From a virus (taxonomy: Duplodnaviria; Caudoviricetes), in IMG/VR virus record IMGVR_UViG_3300011443_000013, positions 1-41,629 of that record: a DNA stretch of 41,629 nt; one strand, written 5' to 3'. The notes below the pieces were generated by a model, which saw only the letters and a list, made by a program, of their open reading frames with translations, did no database searches and was not told the origin of the DNA. The position numbers and the translations under genes are program-made. Shown here in pieces: positions 25,866-33,805 of the stretch; the first letter of the stretch is position 1, and each line of letters begins with the position of its first letter.

Positions 25866-26490
25866 ACAGATAGCGTATTCAAGCGAACAGACACTTTCAT
25901 TCAGCTATGCTATGGGGGCGAAATACAAGAACTCTGACGGGGTGTATGTTGAATGTGGGGTCGCTGCTGGGGCACAAGTTATCGCTATGGCTGCCGGGGG
26001 ACCGGACAAGATAATATACGCCTTCGATTCATTTGAAGGATTGCCATATCCAAGCAATAGAGATGACCAAATGCCGGGCATAAGGACATTAAAACAGTGG
26101 GAAATAGACGCACTGCCAGAACCCGGGAAACATCGGTTAGAATCTACCGGGGCTACCGTGGTCACTGTGGCTCAGTTCATGGAGAACTTACAGATAGTAG
26201 GCATTCAGGAATCTAACGTAGTGATCGTGCCGGGTTGGTTTGAGCATACCGTACCGTTCTATGCGGACGGACTACCGGAGATTGCAATACTAAGGTTAGA
26301 CGGGGACTTATATAATTCAACATGGGTCTGTTTAATGCACTTGTTTCCTAAGGTACTTCATGGGGGGTGTGTGATAATTGACGACTGGACGCTAGTAGGA
26401 TGTCAGGATGCCTGTAAGGAATATTTCGCTTTGATAGGATACGAACCGGACTACAAATTCATTTCAACGATAGCTTACTTTTTCAAGTGA
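25840..26490 (+). CDS. TylF/MycF-family sugar O-methyltransferase
   Basis: VECGVAAG, FDSFEGLP, GWFEHT, LRLDGDLYNST, IIDDW. Confidence 0.92.
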   Translation: MQDPMAFAKQIAYSSEQTLSFSYAMGAKYKNSDGVYVECGVAAGAQVIAMAAGGPDKIIYAFDSFEGLPYPSNRDDQMPGIRTLKQWEIDALPEPGKHRLESTGATVVTVAQFMENLQIVGIQESNVVIVPGWFEHTVPFYADGLPEIAILRLDGDLYNSTWVCLMHLFPKVLHGGCVIIDDWTLVGCQDACKEYFALIGYEPDYKFISTIAYFFK

Positions 26491-27071
26491 TGGAATTTAC
26501 TAAACAGTTTTATCAGGATACATGGGGTGAAGATGGCTACTACGAAAACTTTAGCTTCGGGGTAGGGATTGAGAATGTTTGTTCAGTCTCATTACATCCG
26601 TTCTTCTCATTGGAGAAAACAGCGTTAGAGATTGGTCCCGGAGGGGGAGTATTTACCTATCGGATGGTAAATAACTTTAAGCACCTGACAGCGATAGACG
26701 TCATACGGAAACCGAAAGCATTTGATGAGTATGAGAACTTCACTTATATCGAATTAGAAGACCAGAGTTTTGATTGTCCGGTAGAGGCTGATTCAATAGA
26801 CTTTTGTTTCTCGTATGGGTGTTTTTGTCACCTGTCAATAGATGCTTTGATTCAGTATTTCAAAGGGATAAACAAAGCATTAAAATCAGGGGGAGACTTC
26901 GTGTTTATGTTGTCAAACTATCCAGGGAAGGTAGGGGAGTGCTTGCCTTTAGGACACTTTGTACAAGGGGTTAAAGCAGTGGATTTAATTGTTGGGGACG
27001 GGTGGGAGATAGTAAATAAAAACCTACTTCCTGAACATAGGGATACATTGGTTCACCTTAAAAAGATATGA
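26487..27071 (+). CDS. Class I SAM-dependent methyltransferase
   Basis: LEIGPGGG, IDFCFSYGCFCHL, LKSGG. Confidence 0.9.
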   Translation: MMEFTKQFYQDTWGEDGYYENFSFGVGIENVCSVSLHPFFSLEKTALEIGPGGGVFTYRMVNNFKHLTAIDVIRKPKAFDEYENFTYIELEDQSFDCPVEADSIDFCFSYGCFCHLSIDALIQYFKGINKALKSGGDFVFMLSNYPGKVGECLPLGHFVQGVKAVDLIVGDGWEIVNKNLLPEHRDTLVHLKKI

Positions 27072-27709
27072 TAATACTTTCAATCTTAATTCCAACCATT
27101 CCAGACCGGGTCGAACGGTTTACTTATTTGTACAATGAAGTACATAGACAGATTGCCTACATGGACACCGTACATCCAACACTAGGAAGGATTGAGGTAT
27201 TAATAGACGACTCTCCCAAGTTCTTAGAAGGGGGACTGTCAATAGGAAAGAAACGGGAGGCGCTATTGAAACGGGCTGAGGGGAATTACTTATGTTACCT
27301 GGATGATGACGAAAGCATCGCCCCGAACTACGTTGAAACATTGGTAAGGCTTTGCCATCAGGGGGCGGATGTTTGCACCTTCAGGAACATTTCAAAGATG
27401 GATACTTACTGGATGGTGGTTGACATGAGCTTGAATTATAAGACCAACGACCAGGCTACCCCTGCTTTTATTGTCCGCCGGACCCCGTGGCATTCATGTC
27501 CTGTTAAAACGCATTTAGCAAAGATGTATTCTTTCGAAAACTCCAACTATGGGGAGGACTGGCAGTGGTTTCAACAAGTGCTAACGCATTGCACAGTTGA
27601 AGCGCACACGGACGCGGTAATACATCAATACAACCACGGTAAGCATTCAGAAGCAGATAAAATAACTAACCATGTACAGTCAGAACTCAGAGGAACAGCA
27701 CATACTTAA
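27068..27709 (+). CDS. Glycosyltransferase family 2 (paralog of 25281..25865)
   Basis: LIPTIPDR, IGKKREALL, YLDDDE, GEDWQW. Confidence 0.88.
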   Translation: MIILSILIPTIPDRVERFTYLYNEVHRQIAYMDTVHPTLGRIEVLIDDSPKFLEGGLSIGKKREALLKRAEGNYLCYLDDDESIAPNYVETLVRLCHQGADVCTFRNISKMDTYWMVVDMSLNYKTNDQATPAFIVRRTPWHSCPVKTHLAKMYSFENSNYGEDWQWFQQVLTHCTVEAHTDAVIHQYNHGKHSEADKITNHVQSELRGTAHT

Positions 27710-28277
27710 TTACTTCGGAGACTACGTAGGGACGTTCCTTGACTTAGGAGCCAATGATGGGGAAACCTTTTCTAATACCCGGGCACTAGCGTTGAAAGGA
27801 TGGAAGGGAATTCTAATTGATTGCAGTCCTACGGCAGTCACTCGGTGCAAAGAATTGTACAAAGATTTCAAAGGAATTTACGTGTATGATTATGCGATCT
27901 ATAAACACAACGGCAAGGAGATATTTCAGAACTCCGGGGCGCTATGTACTCCTTCCGATACTGGCCTGGTTGGTACTTTCCATCAACACGAGAAGGCCCG
28001 ATTTGATAAAAAGGTTCCTTATACCTCTGTTGAAGTCAAAACCTTCAAATGGAAAACCGCTTTGAACAGGTGGAAGATAAAAGAGTTTGACATGGTTTCA
28101 CTTGACATTGAAGGATCTGAAATCTACGTTCTGCCTGACATGGACCTATCCAAAACGAGATTGATTTGTATTGAATGGAATGGGAAACCGGAATTAAAAG
28201 AAGCCTATGAGAAATATTTGGACGGGTTCACGATCATTTATACGTCAGCCGAAAACATCGTTTATGCCAGAATTTGA
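27672..28277 (+). CDS. FkbM-family methyltransferase
   Basis: YSQNSEE, FLDLGANDG..SNTRAL..GWKG, SLDIEGSE, ICIEW. Confidence 0.92.
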   Translation: MYSQNSEEQHILNYFGDYVGTFLDLGANDGETFSNTRALALKGWKGILIDCSPTAVTRCKELYKDFKGIYVYDYAIYKHNGKEIFQNSGALCTPSDTGLVGTFHQHEKARFDKKVPYTSVEVKTFKWKTALNRWKIKEFDMVSLDIEGSEIYVLPDMDLSKTRLICIEWNGKPELKEAYEKYLDGFTIIYTSAENIVYARI

Positions 28278-28842
28278 TATAAACCTTTACGATGATGAGT
28301 TCTTTCAGTGGCACGTAACCCATGCCCGAAAATACTCCATGCGCACAATGGATTGGTACATCCAAAAATACAAACCTGATTCAGTCATAGACTTCGGCTG
28401 TGGGATAGGTAGCTACCTGGAAGCAGCTTACGACTACGATATTAAAATTCAAGGCTATGAGATTTCATTAGATGCCTTCCGCTACACTCCTGAATTTATC
28501 CGGCCATATATCCACTACACCGACTGTACTAATGTGTTATTACCGGGGGTGTTTGACACGGTGATAAGTTTTGAAACCGCCGAACATATTGAACCGGAAG
28601 GGACTAACCAATTCATTAAGAACCTTGTAAACGCTACTGGTAAGACGTTACTCTTCACAGCCGCCCCGCCAGGTCAGGAAGGAACCGGGCATATCAACTG
28701 CCGAACTCGAGACTTCTGGATGATGGAGTTTAGCGAGTTCCTAATCTTCAATGACGTGTTAACAGGGGAGATTTCAGAGGCGTGGGAGAAGCTAGGAGCC
28801 CCGTGGTATATCGTTAAGAACCTTTTAGTATTCAGCCGATGA
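28264..28842 (+). CDS. Class I SAM-dependent methyltransferase
   Basis: VIDFGCGIG, ISFETAEHI, FTAAPPGQEGTGHIN; likely start MPEFD. Confidence 0.9.
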   Translation: MPEFDINLYDDEFFQWHVTHARKYSMRTMDWYIQKYKPDSVIDFGCGIGSYLEAAYDYDIKIQGYEISLDAFRYTPEFIRPYIHYTDCTNVLLPGVFDTVISFETAEHIEPEGTNQFIKNLVNATGKTLLFTAAPPGQEGTGHINCRTRDFWMMEFSEFLIFNDVLTGEISEAWEKLGAPWYIVKNLLVFSR

Positions 28843-29468
28843 CAATAGTAAATTTCGCTACCGGACATTACCTCAGAGGGCAACAGAGACTTTCCCAAAG
28901 CCTTCACGCCTATAATTTCTTAGGGTTCACCGATTATAGACAGATAGGAAGCCCACCACACGCGGCGAGTCCCTATCAATTCAAGATCCACGCCATCGAA
29001 AAGGCTTTTGAAAAAGATGATATAGTCCTATGGGCTGATGCTTCGATGTGGCTTGTCGGGGACTTGTCAAAGATTGAGACACTGATAAAAGAGGACGGGT
29101 ATTTTATGTCAGAGGCGGGGCACTGGGTAGGGACATGGACCAATGACTTCACAAAAGCCTATTTCAACCTGACAGAAGAAGAGGCTAAAGTACCGGGTGG
29201 TTTCTTCATGTTTTCAGCGGGTCTGACGGGACTTAATAAGCAAAGCCCTGTAGCTATGGAGTTCTTTCGACAGTGGAAGGAGAGCGCCCTTGCAGGGTGT
29301 TTTAAAGGGGACTGGTCAAACCACAGACACGACATGACTTGCGGGTCGATCATCGCCCAACGGCTAGGAATGAAGTACCAGCGGGGCGGTCAGCATATGA
29401 GCTACATTGGGAACGGTTATTCAGCACCCGAGGCGGGGACGGTCTTTCATCTACAGGCATGCGTATAA
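28839..29468 (+). CDS. Putative glycosyltransferase (GT-A, nucleotide-diphospho-sugar transferase-like)
   Basis: PYQFK..I, VLWADAS, HRHDMT. Confidence 0.7.
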   Translation: MTIVNFATGHYLRGQQRLSQSLHAYNFLGFTDYRQIGSPPHAASPYQFKIHAIEKAFEKDDIVLWADASMWLVGDLSKIETLIKEDGYFMSEAGHWVGTWTNDFTKAYFNLTEEEAKVPGGFFMFSAGLTGLNKQSPVAMEFFRQWKESALAGCFKGDWSNHRHDMTCGSIIAQRLGMKYQRGGQHMSYIGNGYSAPEAGTVFHLQACV

Positions 29469-29653
29469 TTTTAGCGTGGTGGTTCTGGATCACCAATAGG
29501 AATAACGAACTAGCTCAAAAGAGACTTAAAATCTGTGCTGGGTGTGAGTTAAGAAAAGCCTTTGTATGTGGAGTTTGTTACTGCCCATTACAAGCAAAGG
29601 CAAGACTTAACGATGAAATCTGTCCACATCCCAAAGGGGATAAGTGGAAATAA
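29459..29653 (+). CDS. Small Cys-rich protein (DUF6171-like)
   Basis: RLKICAGC..CGVCYCPLQAKAR...CP..KW; likely start MRIILAWW. Confidence 0.75.
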   Translation: MRIILAWWFWITNRNNELAQKRLKICAGCELRKAFVCGVCYCPLQAKARLNDEICPHPKGDKWK

Positions 29654-29693
29654 AGCCCGAAGTTTTCCAGGCTCCGGGCTTCGTGGTTTTTTT
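29653..29693 (+). terminator. Terminator-like hairpin
   Basis: aagcccgaagttt-tcc-aggctccgggctt with a T7 run 5 nt downstream. Confidence 0.5.
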
Positions 29694-29761
29694 ACCTTCA
29701 CTTTATGGAAACAATGTCAAGTGAACATGACAAATATCACAATTTAAATGCCATTTAAAAA

Positions 29762-30559
29762 ATGCGGTTATGTGCTATTTACAACGTCTGGGCGGATTGG
29801 GATATCCTTGAATATTCGCTTAAAAACGTTGAACCTTTAGTTGATGGAATCATCATAGTAGGATCCACAAAGAGCAATTTTGGGGAAATTTTTCCTATCC
29901 CTGCGCATTTTTTAAACAGGGTCGTAATCCGGGAGCCACAATTTAAACAGGCGGCGGACAGCGAACGGGACAAGAGGAACTTTGGATTAGAACTCGCAAG
30001 GAAGGAAGGCTATACTCATTTTCTAACAATTGACTCAGATGAATTCTACGACCCTATTGAGTTCTTAAAGGGCCGTGAAATGATGCTATCAGATTTGAAC
30101 GGATTGGTTGTTAAATGCTATACCCTATTCGCTAAACCAACACTAACTATTGGTTATGATATTACCCTTGTCCCCTTTATTCATAAGCTCACACCGACGA
30201 TCAGACATGACTTCAACCGGAACTATCCATTTGCTTGGCAAGGTCCACAAATAAGAATAGACCCTACCAGAAGCCTTAACATTAACTCAGGGGTTGAACT
30301 CACTGACTTTACAATGTTTCATGCGTCATGGGTTCGCTCAGACTTCAAACGCAAGATCCGTAACTCCACAGCAAAGGCTAATTTGGAGCGAAGCACAATC
30401 TGGGAAGATTTGGTATTGGCAAAAGACGGATATTTTGTTAAGTTTTACCAAAAGCATTTACACACGGTGGTGAATCGCTTCAATATCCCAGACTATGGCG
30501 TTTTGGACGAAAATTTACAATCTCTGGCGACAGCCGACGAAAAGAACCAACCTGGCTGA
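29762..30559 (+). CDS. Glycosyltransferase family 2-like
   Basis: LEYSLKNVEPLVDGIII, ERDKRNFGL, LTIDSDEFY, MFHASWVR. Confidence 0.8.
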   Translation: MRLCAIYNVWADWDILEYSLKNVEPLVDGIIIVGSTKSNFGEIFPIPAHFLNRVVIREPQFKQAADSERDKRNFGLELARKEGYTHFLTIDSDEFYDPIEFLKGREMMLSDLNGLVVKCYTLFAKPTLTIGYDITLVPFIHKLTPTIRHDFNRNYPFAWQGPQIRIDPTRSLNINSGVELTDFTMFHASWVRSDFKRKIRNSTAKANLERSTIWEDLVLAKDGYFVKFYQKHLHTVVNRFNIPDYGVLDENLQSLATADEKNQPG

Positions 30560-32093
30560 AGGTAAATACCTTCCCTACTTCAACAACGATAACTTTCCTT
30601 TACAGTGGCATGATGCGATCTCAAAAAGTCCATCGGCGTCTTCGTGCGTTTCCACTATTCAGGATTTCTTAGAGGGGTCCGGGTTCTCACCGGATGAACT
30701 AGAGAAGATAGTTGTCAACGCTAAAGGGGAAACTTTCTTCCAGGTGCATCAAAAGACCTGTAAAGATTTCGGAGAATTTGAAGGGTTTTATTGGTTGCTT
30801 CGCTTCAACATTCAGGGGAAAATTACCGAGTGGGAGTTACTTCCTTTTGAGAACTGTCGATTAGGACAACCGGACGGGGCTGGGTATATTTCAAAGATCC
30901 TTTACAACCCTTTCTTCGGAACGTCAGACTTCACCACTGTTAATAAAAATACAACGTGGTATGATGTTTATAACCCTGTAACGATCAAAGCACAAATCAG
31001 GGATCAGGGCGAAGCGTTCAGGGGACAAGTTTATTTCTGCGGAACTACCAACGCTTTAAGTCGATACTACCCGATGCCACAGGCGCACAGTGCTATGGAC
31101 TGGTTTGAGATCGAACACGGGGTGTCTACCTACCATAAAGAGAACATTAAAAACGGGCTACTGATACCTTACATCTTAGTGAAGTATGGCAATCCAAACG
31201 ACCCTGCTAATAACCCGGAAGGGGACAGTTCAGAACAGAAACAAACCATAGCAGAAGCGTTCGATGAGGTGATTTCAGAGAACTTCATGGGAGCGGAACG
31301 AGTAGGAAACCTTATGGTGCATTGGGTAAACAACAAGGAAGAAAAGCCTGAAATTATTCCTTTGCCAACCAACGCAACCGGCGACCACTTTTTAGCCACA
31401 GCAACCCAGGCCACTAAGAATATAACAGTAGCCTTTAAAGTCCCTGCGATACTAGCAAACATAAACGAAGGGGTTTCTTTGGGAGGCGATGGTAACATGA
31501 TCCGGGTAGCTGTCAAACTAATGCAGCAACGGATGATCCCTAAACAGCGGATCCTGACGGACAAGTATCAAATGATTCTAAAGAACTTTCAGACTCCGTA
31601 CAATCAGGATATTAGTATTACTCCGTACAACCCCTACCCTGAGTTAGAAGTACTGGACGATAAAATCTGGAATGCTTTAACGAAGGAAGAACAACGGGAC
31701 TGGATTGAACAGAATACAGATGTGATTTTAACAGAAGTCACGCCAACGACTATACAACCAATTCCACAAGCACGGCAGTTAAACGCTATCCCTGTAGGGT
31801 TCCCGGATAAAATTCGGAACTCCGTTAAGAAAGCGGTGGACTTTAACGATAAAATGGGTATCAAATGTATCAGCACTGCGTCGCGCACGGTGTCAGATGC
31901 GATCATCAGTAATCAAAGCATGGGTTACAAGCAACTGAAACGGATCCACGGCTACCTGGAAAGAAACGACACGTTTAAAAACAAATTATTAAGTGAAGGA
32001 TGTGAGGTATTAAAGTATCACGCCTGGGGAGGAAGGGAAATGTTTGACTTTTTAGAGGGTAAACTTAAAGAAGTAACAGCATGGCTAAACTAG
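30495..32093 (+). CDS. Portal protein with an extra C-terminal domain
   Basis: DNFPL..SPSASSC..GSG, YYPMP..SA, IKNGL, FMGAERVG, ITVAFKVP; upstream of the adaptor. Confidence 0.88.
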   Translation: MAFWTKIYNLWRQPTKRTNLAEGKYLPYFNNDNFPLQWHDAISKSPSASSCVSTIQDFLEGSGFSPDELEKIVVNAKGETFFQVHQKTCKDFGEFEGFYWLLRFNIQGKITEWELLPFENCRLGQPDGAGYISKILYNPFFGTSDFTTVNKNTTWYDVYNPVTIKAQIRDQGEAFRGQVYFCGTTNALSRYYPMPQAHSAMDWFEIEHGVSTYHKENIKNGLLIPYILVKYGNPNDPANNPEGDSSEQKQTIAEAFDEVISENFMGAERVGNLMVHWVNNKEEKPEIIPLPTNATGDHFLATATQATKNITVAFKVPAILANINEGVSLGGDGNMIRVAVKLMQQRMIPKQRILTDKYQMILKNFQTPYNQDISITPYNPYPELEVLDDKIWNALTKEEQRDWIEQNTDVILTEVTPTTIQPIPQARQLNAIPVGFPDKIRNSVKKAVDFNDKMGIKCISTASRTVSDAIISNQSMGYKQLKRIHGYLERNDTFKNKLLSEGCEVLKYHAWGGREMFDFLEGKLKEVTAWLN

Positions 32094-32641
32094 ATAAACT
32101 TATTTTCTACGCTTACCTACGCGAAGAATGTGATTTGCCGGTGCATTTGGCCGACGAAGACCTTGAAAAGAAGATTTACCGCGCACAGGAGACACTAAGG
32201 ATGCTAATGGGCGATGATTTTTATCAGGATTTCCTCACGGCCTACAAAGCACAGCAGCCTTTTGCGTCTTCTGTCTATCAAAGTCTGTACGATCCGTACA
32301 TAAAACAGTATGTAGCGTGGCAAGCCAATGAATATTTCACGGCGACGGCAAATTATAAGCTCACAGCGGCGGGTTTTGTCGTTCACACGTCAACAACAAG
32401 TCAACCGGCGTCAGATGTTCAGATGGCCAACATCATTAAAGAAGCAAAATATCAAGCGCAGTATTACAAAGAGCTATTAGTGGGATTTTTAAAGAATCAT
32501 TCAACCGATTATCCTCTTTACGAGAACTGTTGCTGTGATAAAACAGGAAACGCTTTCCAGATTTCAGCAGTAAAGAATAAACACCGTCAACCGCAACCTT
32601 ACGGGACGTCCCCGGGGTGCACAAGCTATAAATGTAGATGA
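32081..32641 (+). CDS. Head-tail adaptor (DUF6712-like)
   Basis: IYRAQETL..LMGDDFY, YIKQYVAW, FLKNHSTDYPLY. Confidence 0.75.
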   Translation: MAKLDKLIFYAYLREECDLPVHLADEDLEKKIYRAQETLRMLMGDDFYQDFLTAYKAQQPFASSVYQSLYDPYIKQYVAWQANEYFTATANYKLTAAGFVVHTSTTSQPASDVQMANIIKEAKYQAQYYKELLVGFLKNHSTDYPLYENCCCDKTGNAFQISAVKNKHRQPQPYGTSPGCTSYKCR

Positions 32642-32982
32642 TACGCAGTCAATTATTCAACGGCACAGAACAGGAATTGGTAGTCTATAACCAAAAGGCT
32701 ATCCTGAATGAAGTTATTGAGTTTTACACCGTGGACGATTGTGAAGACGAAGAGACTGTATTTGGGTTCGTGGGGTATGTGAGTTCTTACTTTAGAATTT
32801 ACAACGAGAGGACTGGGACACTGATTAAAAATATTGCTTTGGCTCAGTCGGGTGGGTCTTTAATAGTAAACGCTTCGGTGTTAGACATGACCTTTGATAC
32901 GAACGGACTGTATTGGTATGAGATAGGATATTCTAACGGGTACGATATTGTTTTAAGGTACGGACCTTTACAAGTGGTATGA
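32638..32982 (+). CDS. Putative structural protein (head closure/BppU-like Ig fold)
   Basis: Beta-rich 114 aa ending GLYWYEI...LRYGPLQV. Confidence 0.55.
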   Translation: MIRSQLFNGTEQELVVYNQKAILNEVIEFYTVDDCEDEETVFGFVGYVSSYFRIYNERTGTLIKNIALAQSGGSLIVNASVLDMTFDTNGLYWYEIGYSNGYDIVLRYGPLQVV

Positions 32983-33161
32983 AAACTATTTTAAGAACGG
33001 AGAACAGGTCGAAGGTGAAGACGGGTAATCCTAAGACCACAATGGTCACAGGGTTACGAAGCAAGGTATTAAGTTCAACTCCTATTCCTGGGAACTTCAG
33101 ATTATTGGAAGATGGTGATTTTAGAATATTGGAAAATTCAGACTTTAGAATTTTAGAATAA
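32979..33161 (+). CDS. Small protein with three C-terminal LLEDG/DFRILE repeats
   Basis: NFRLLEDG-DFRILENS-DFRILE*; TAATG-coupled to the fibre gene. Confidence 0.75.
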   Translation: MKTILRTENRSKVKTGNPKTTMVTGLRSKVLSSTPIPGNFRLLEDGDFRILENSDFRILE

Positions 33162-33805
33162 TGGCTAACAAGAAAATTTCGGAATTACCGGCAGCCTCTA
33201 CCCCACTAGCGGGGACCGAACTTGTCGAATTAGTTCAAGGGGGGGTTAATGTACAAGCTACCGCGGCGGACATGGGCGGAGGAAGTGGAGGGCACGTTAT
33301 AGAAGAAGAAGGAACCCCGTTAACCCAACGGGCCAATCTTAATTTTGTTGGTGCTGGCGTGACTGCCGCGGATGCAGGAGGTAAAACGGTAGTTACTGCA
33401 AATGCCGCTACTGAATCACAAGTAGGGTCGGTCGAATTAGCCACAGCAGCAGAAACTTTAACAGGAACATCGACAACGCTTGCCACGCATCCGGCAGGAA
33501 TACTGGCTACTTATCCGATAGGACTAGCTTCAATAAACGCCACGGGCACAGTAATCTCATTCGCTATACCACAGATATACGGGCTTACTACAGCGGTATC
33601 TGGAAACGTAACCGCTTCTCATACGGGGGCAATAGTGGGTATGAATCAGATCGTACGACACAACAGCGGTACAGAGCCTACGTTCGGAAGTGAATTTAAG
33701 TTGGTTGAGGGTTCGCGTGGGTATGTGACCAGCGTCGATAATTTTATTTTTATGATTTATTATTCGTCTACAAAGATACAGTATTCAATAACTCAGGAGG
33801 AATGA
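33161..33805 (+). CDS. Fibre/decoration protein (KKISEL N-terminus)
   Basis: MANKKISELPAA, EEGTPL..NLNFVGAGVTA, ATESQVGSVELAT fibre motifs. Confidence 0.75.
   Translation: MANKKISELPAASTPLAGTELVELVQGGVNVQATAADMGGGSGGHVIEEEGTPLTQRANLNFVGAGVTAADAGGKTVVTANAATESQVGSVELATAAETLTGTSTTLATHPAGILATYPIGLASINATGTVISFAIPQIYGLTTAVSGNVTASHTGAIVGMNQIVRHNSGTEPTFGSEFKLVEGSRGYVTSVDNFIFMIYYSSTKIQYSITQEE

Noticed and set aside
23964-30559. Island as host LPS/capsule DNA or a chimeric contig
   Set aside because: Genes overlap phage genes at both ends and there are no wzx/wzy or sugar-synthesis genes
23964-30559. Island as a DNA glycosylation (hypermodification) cluster
   Set aside because: Not excluded but disfavoured: it lies in the late region and I saw no hydroxymethylase, TET/JBP dioxygenase or phage polymerase to supply an acceptor base
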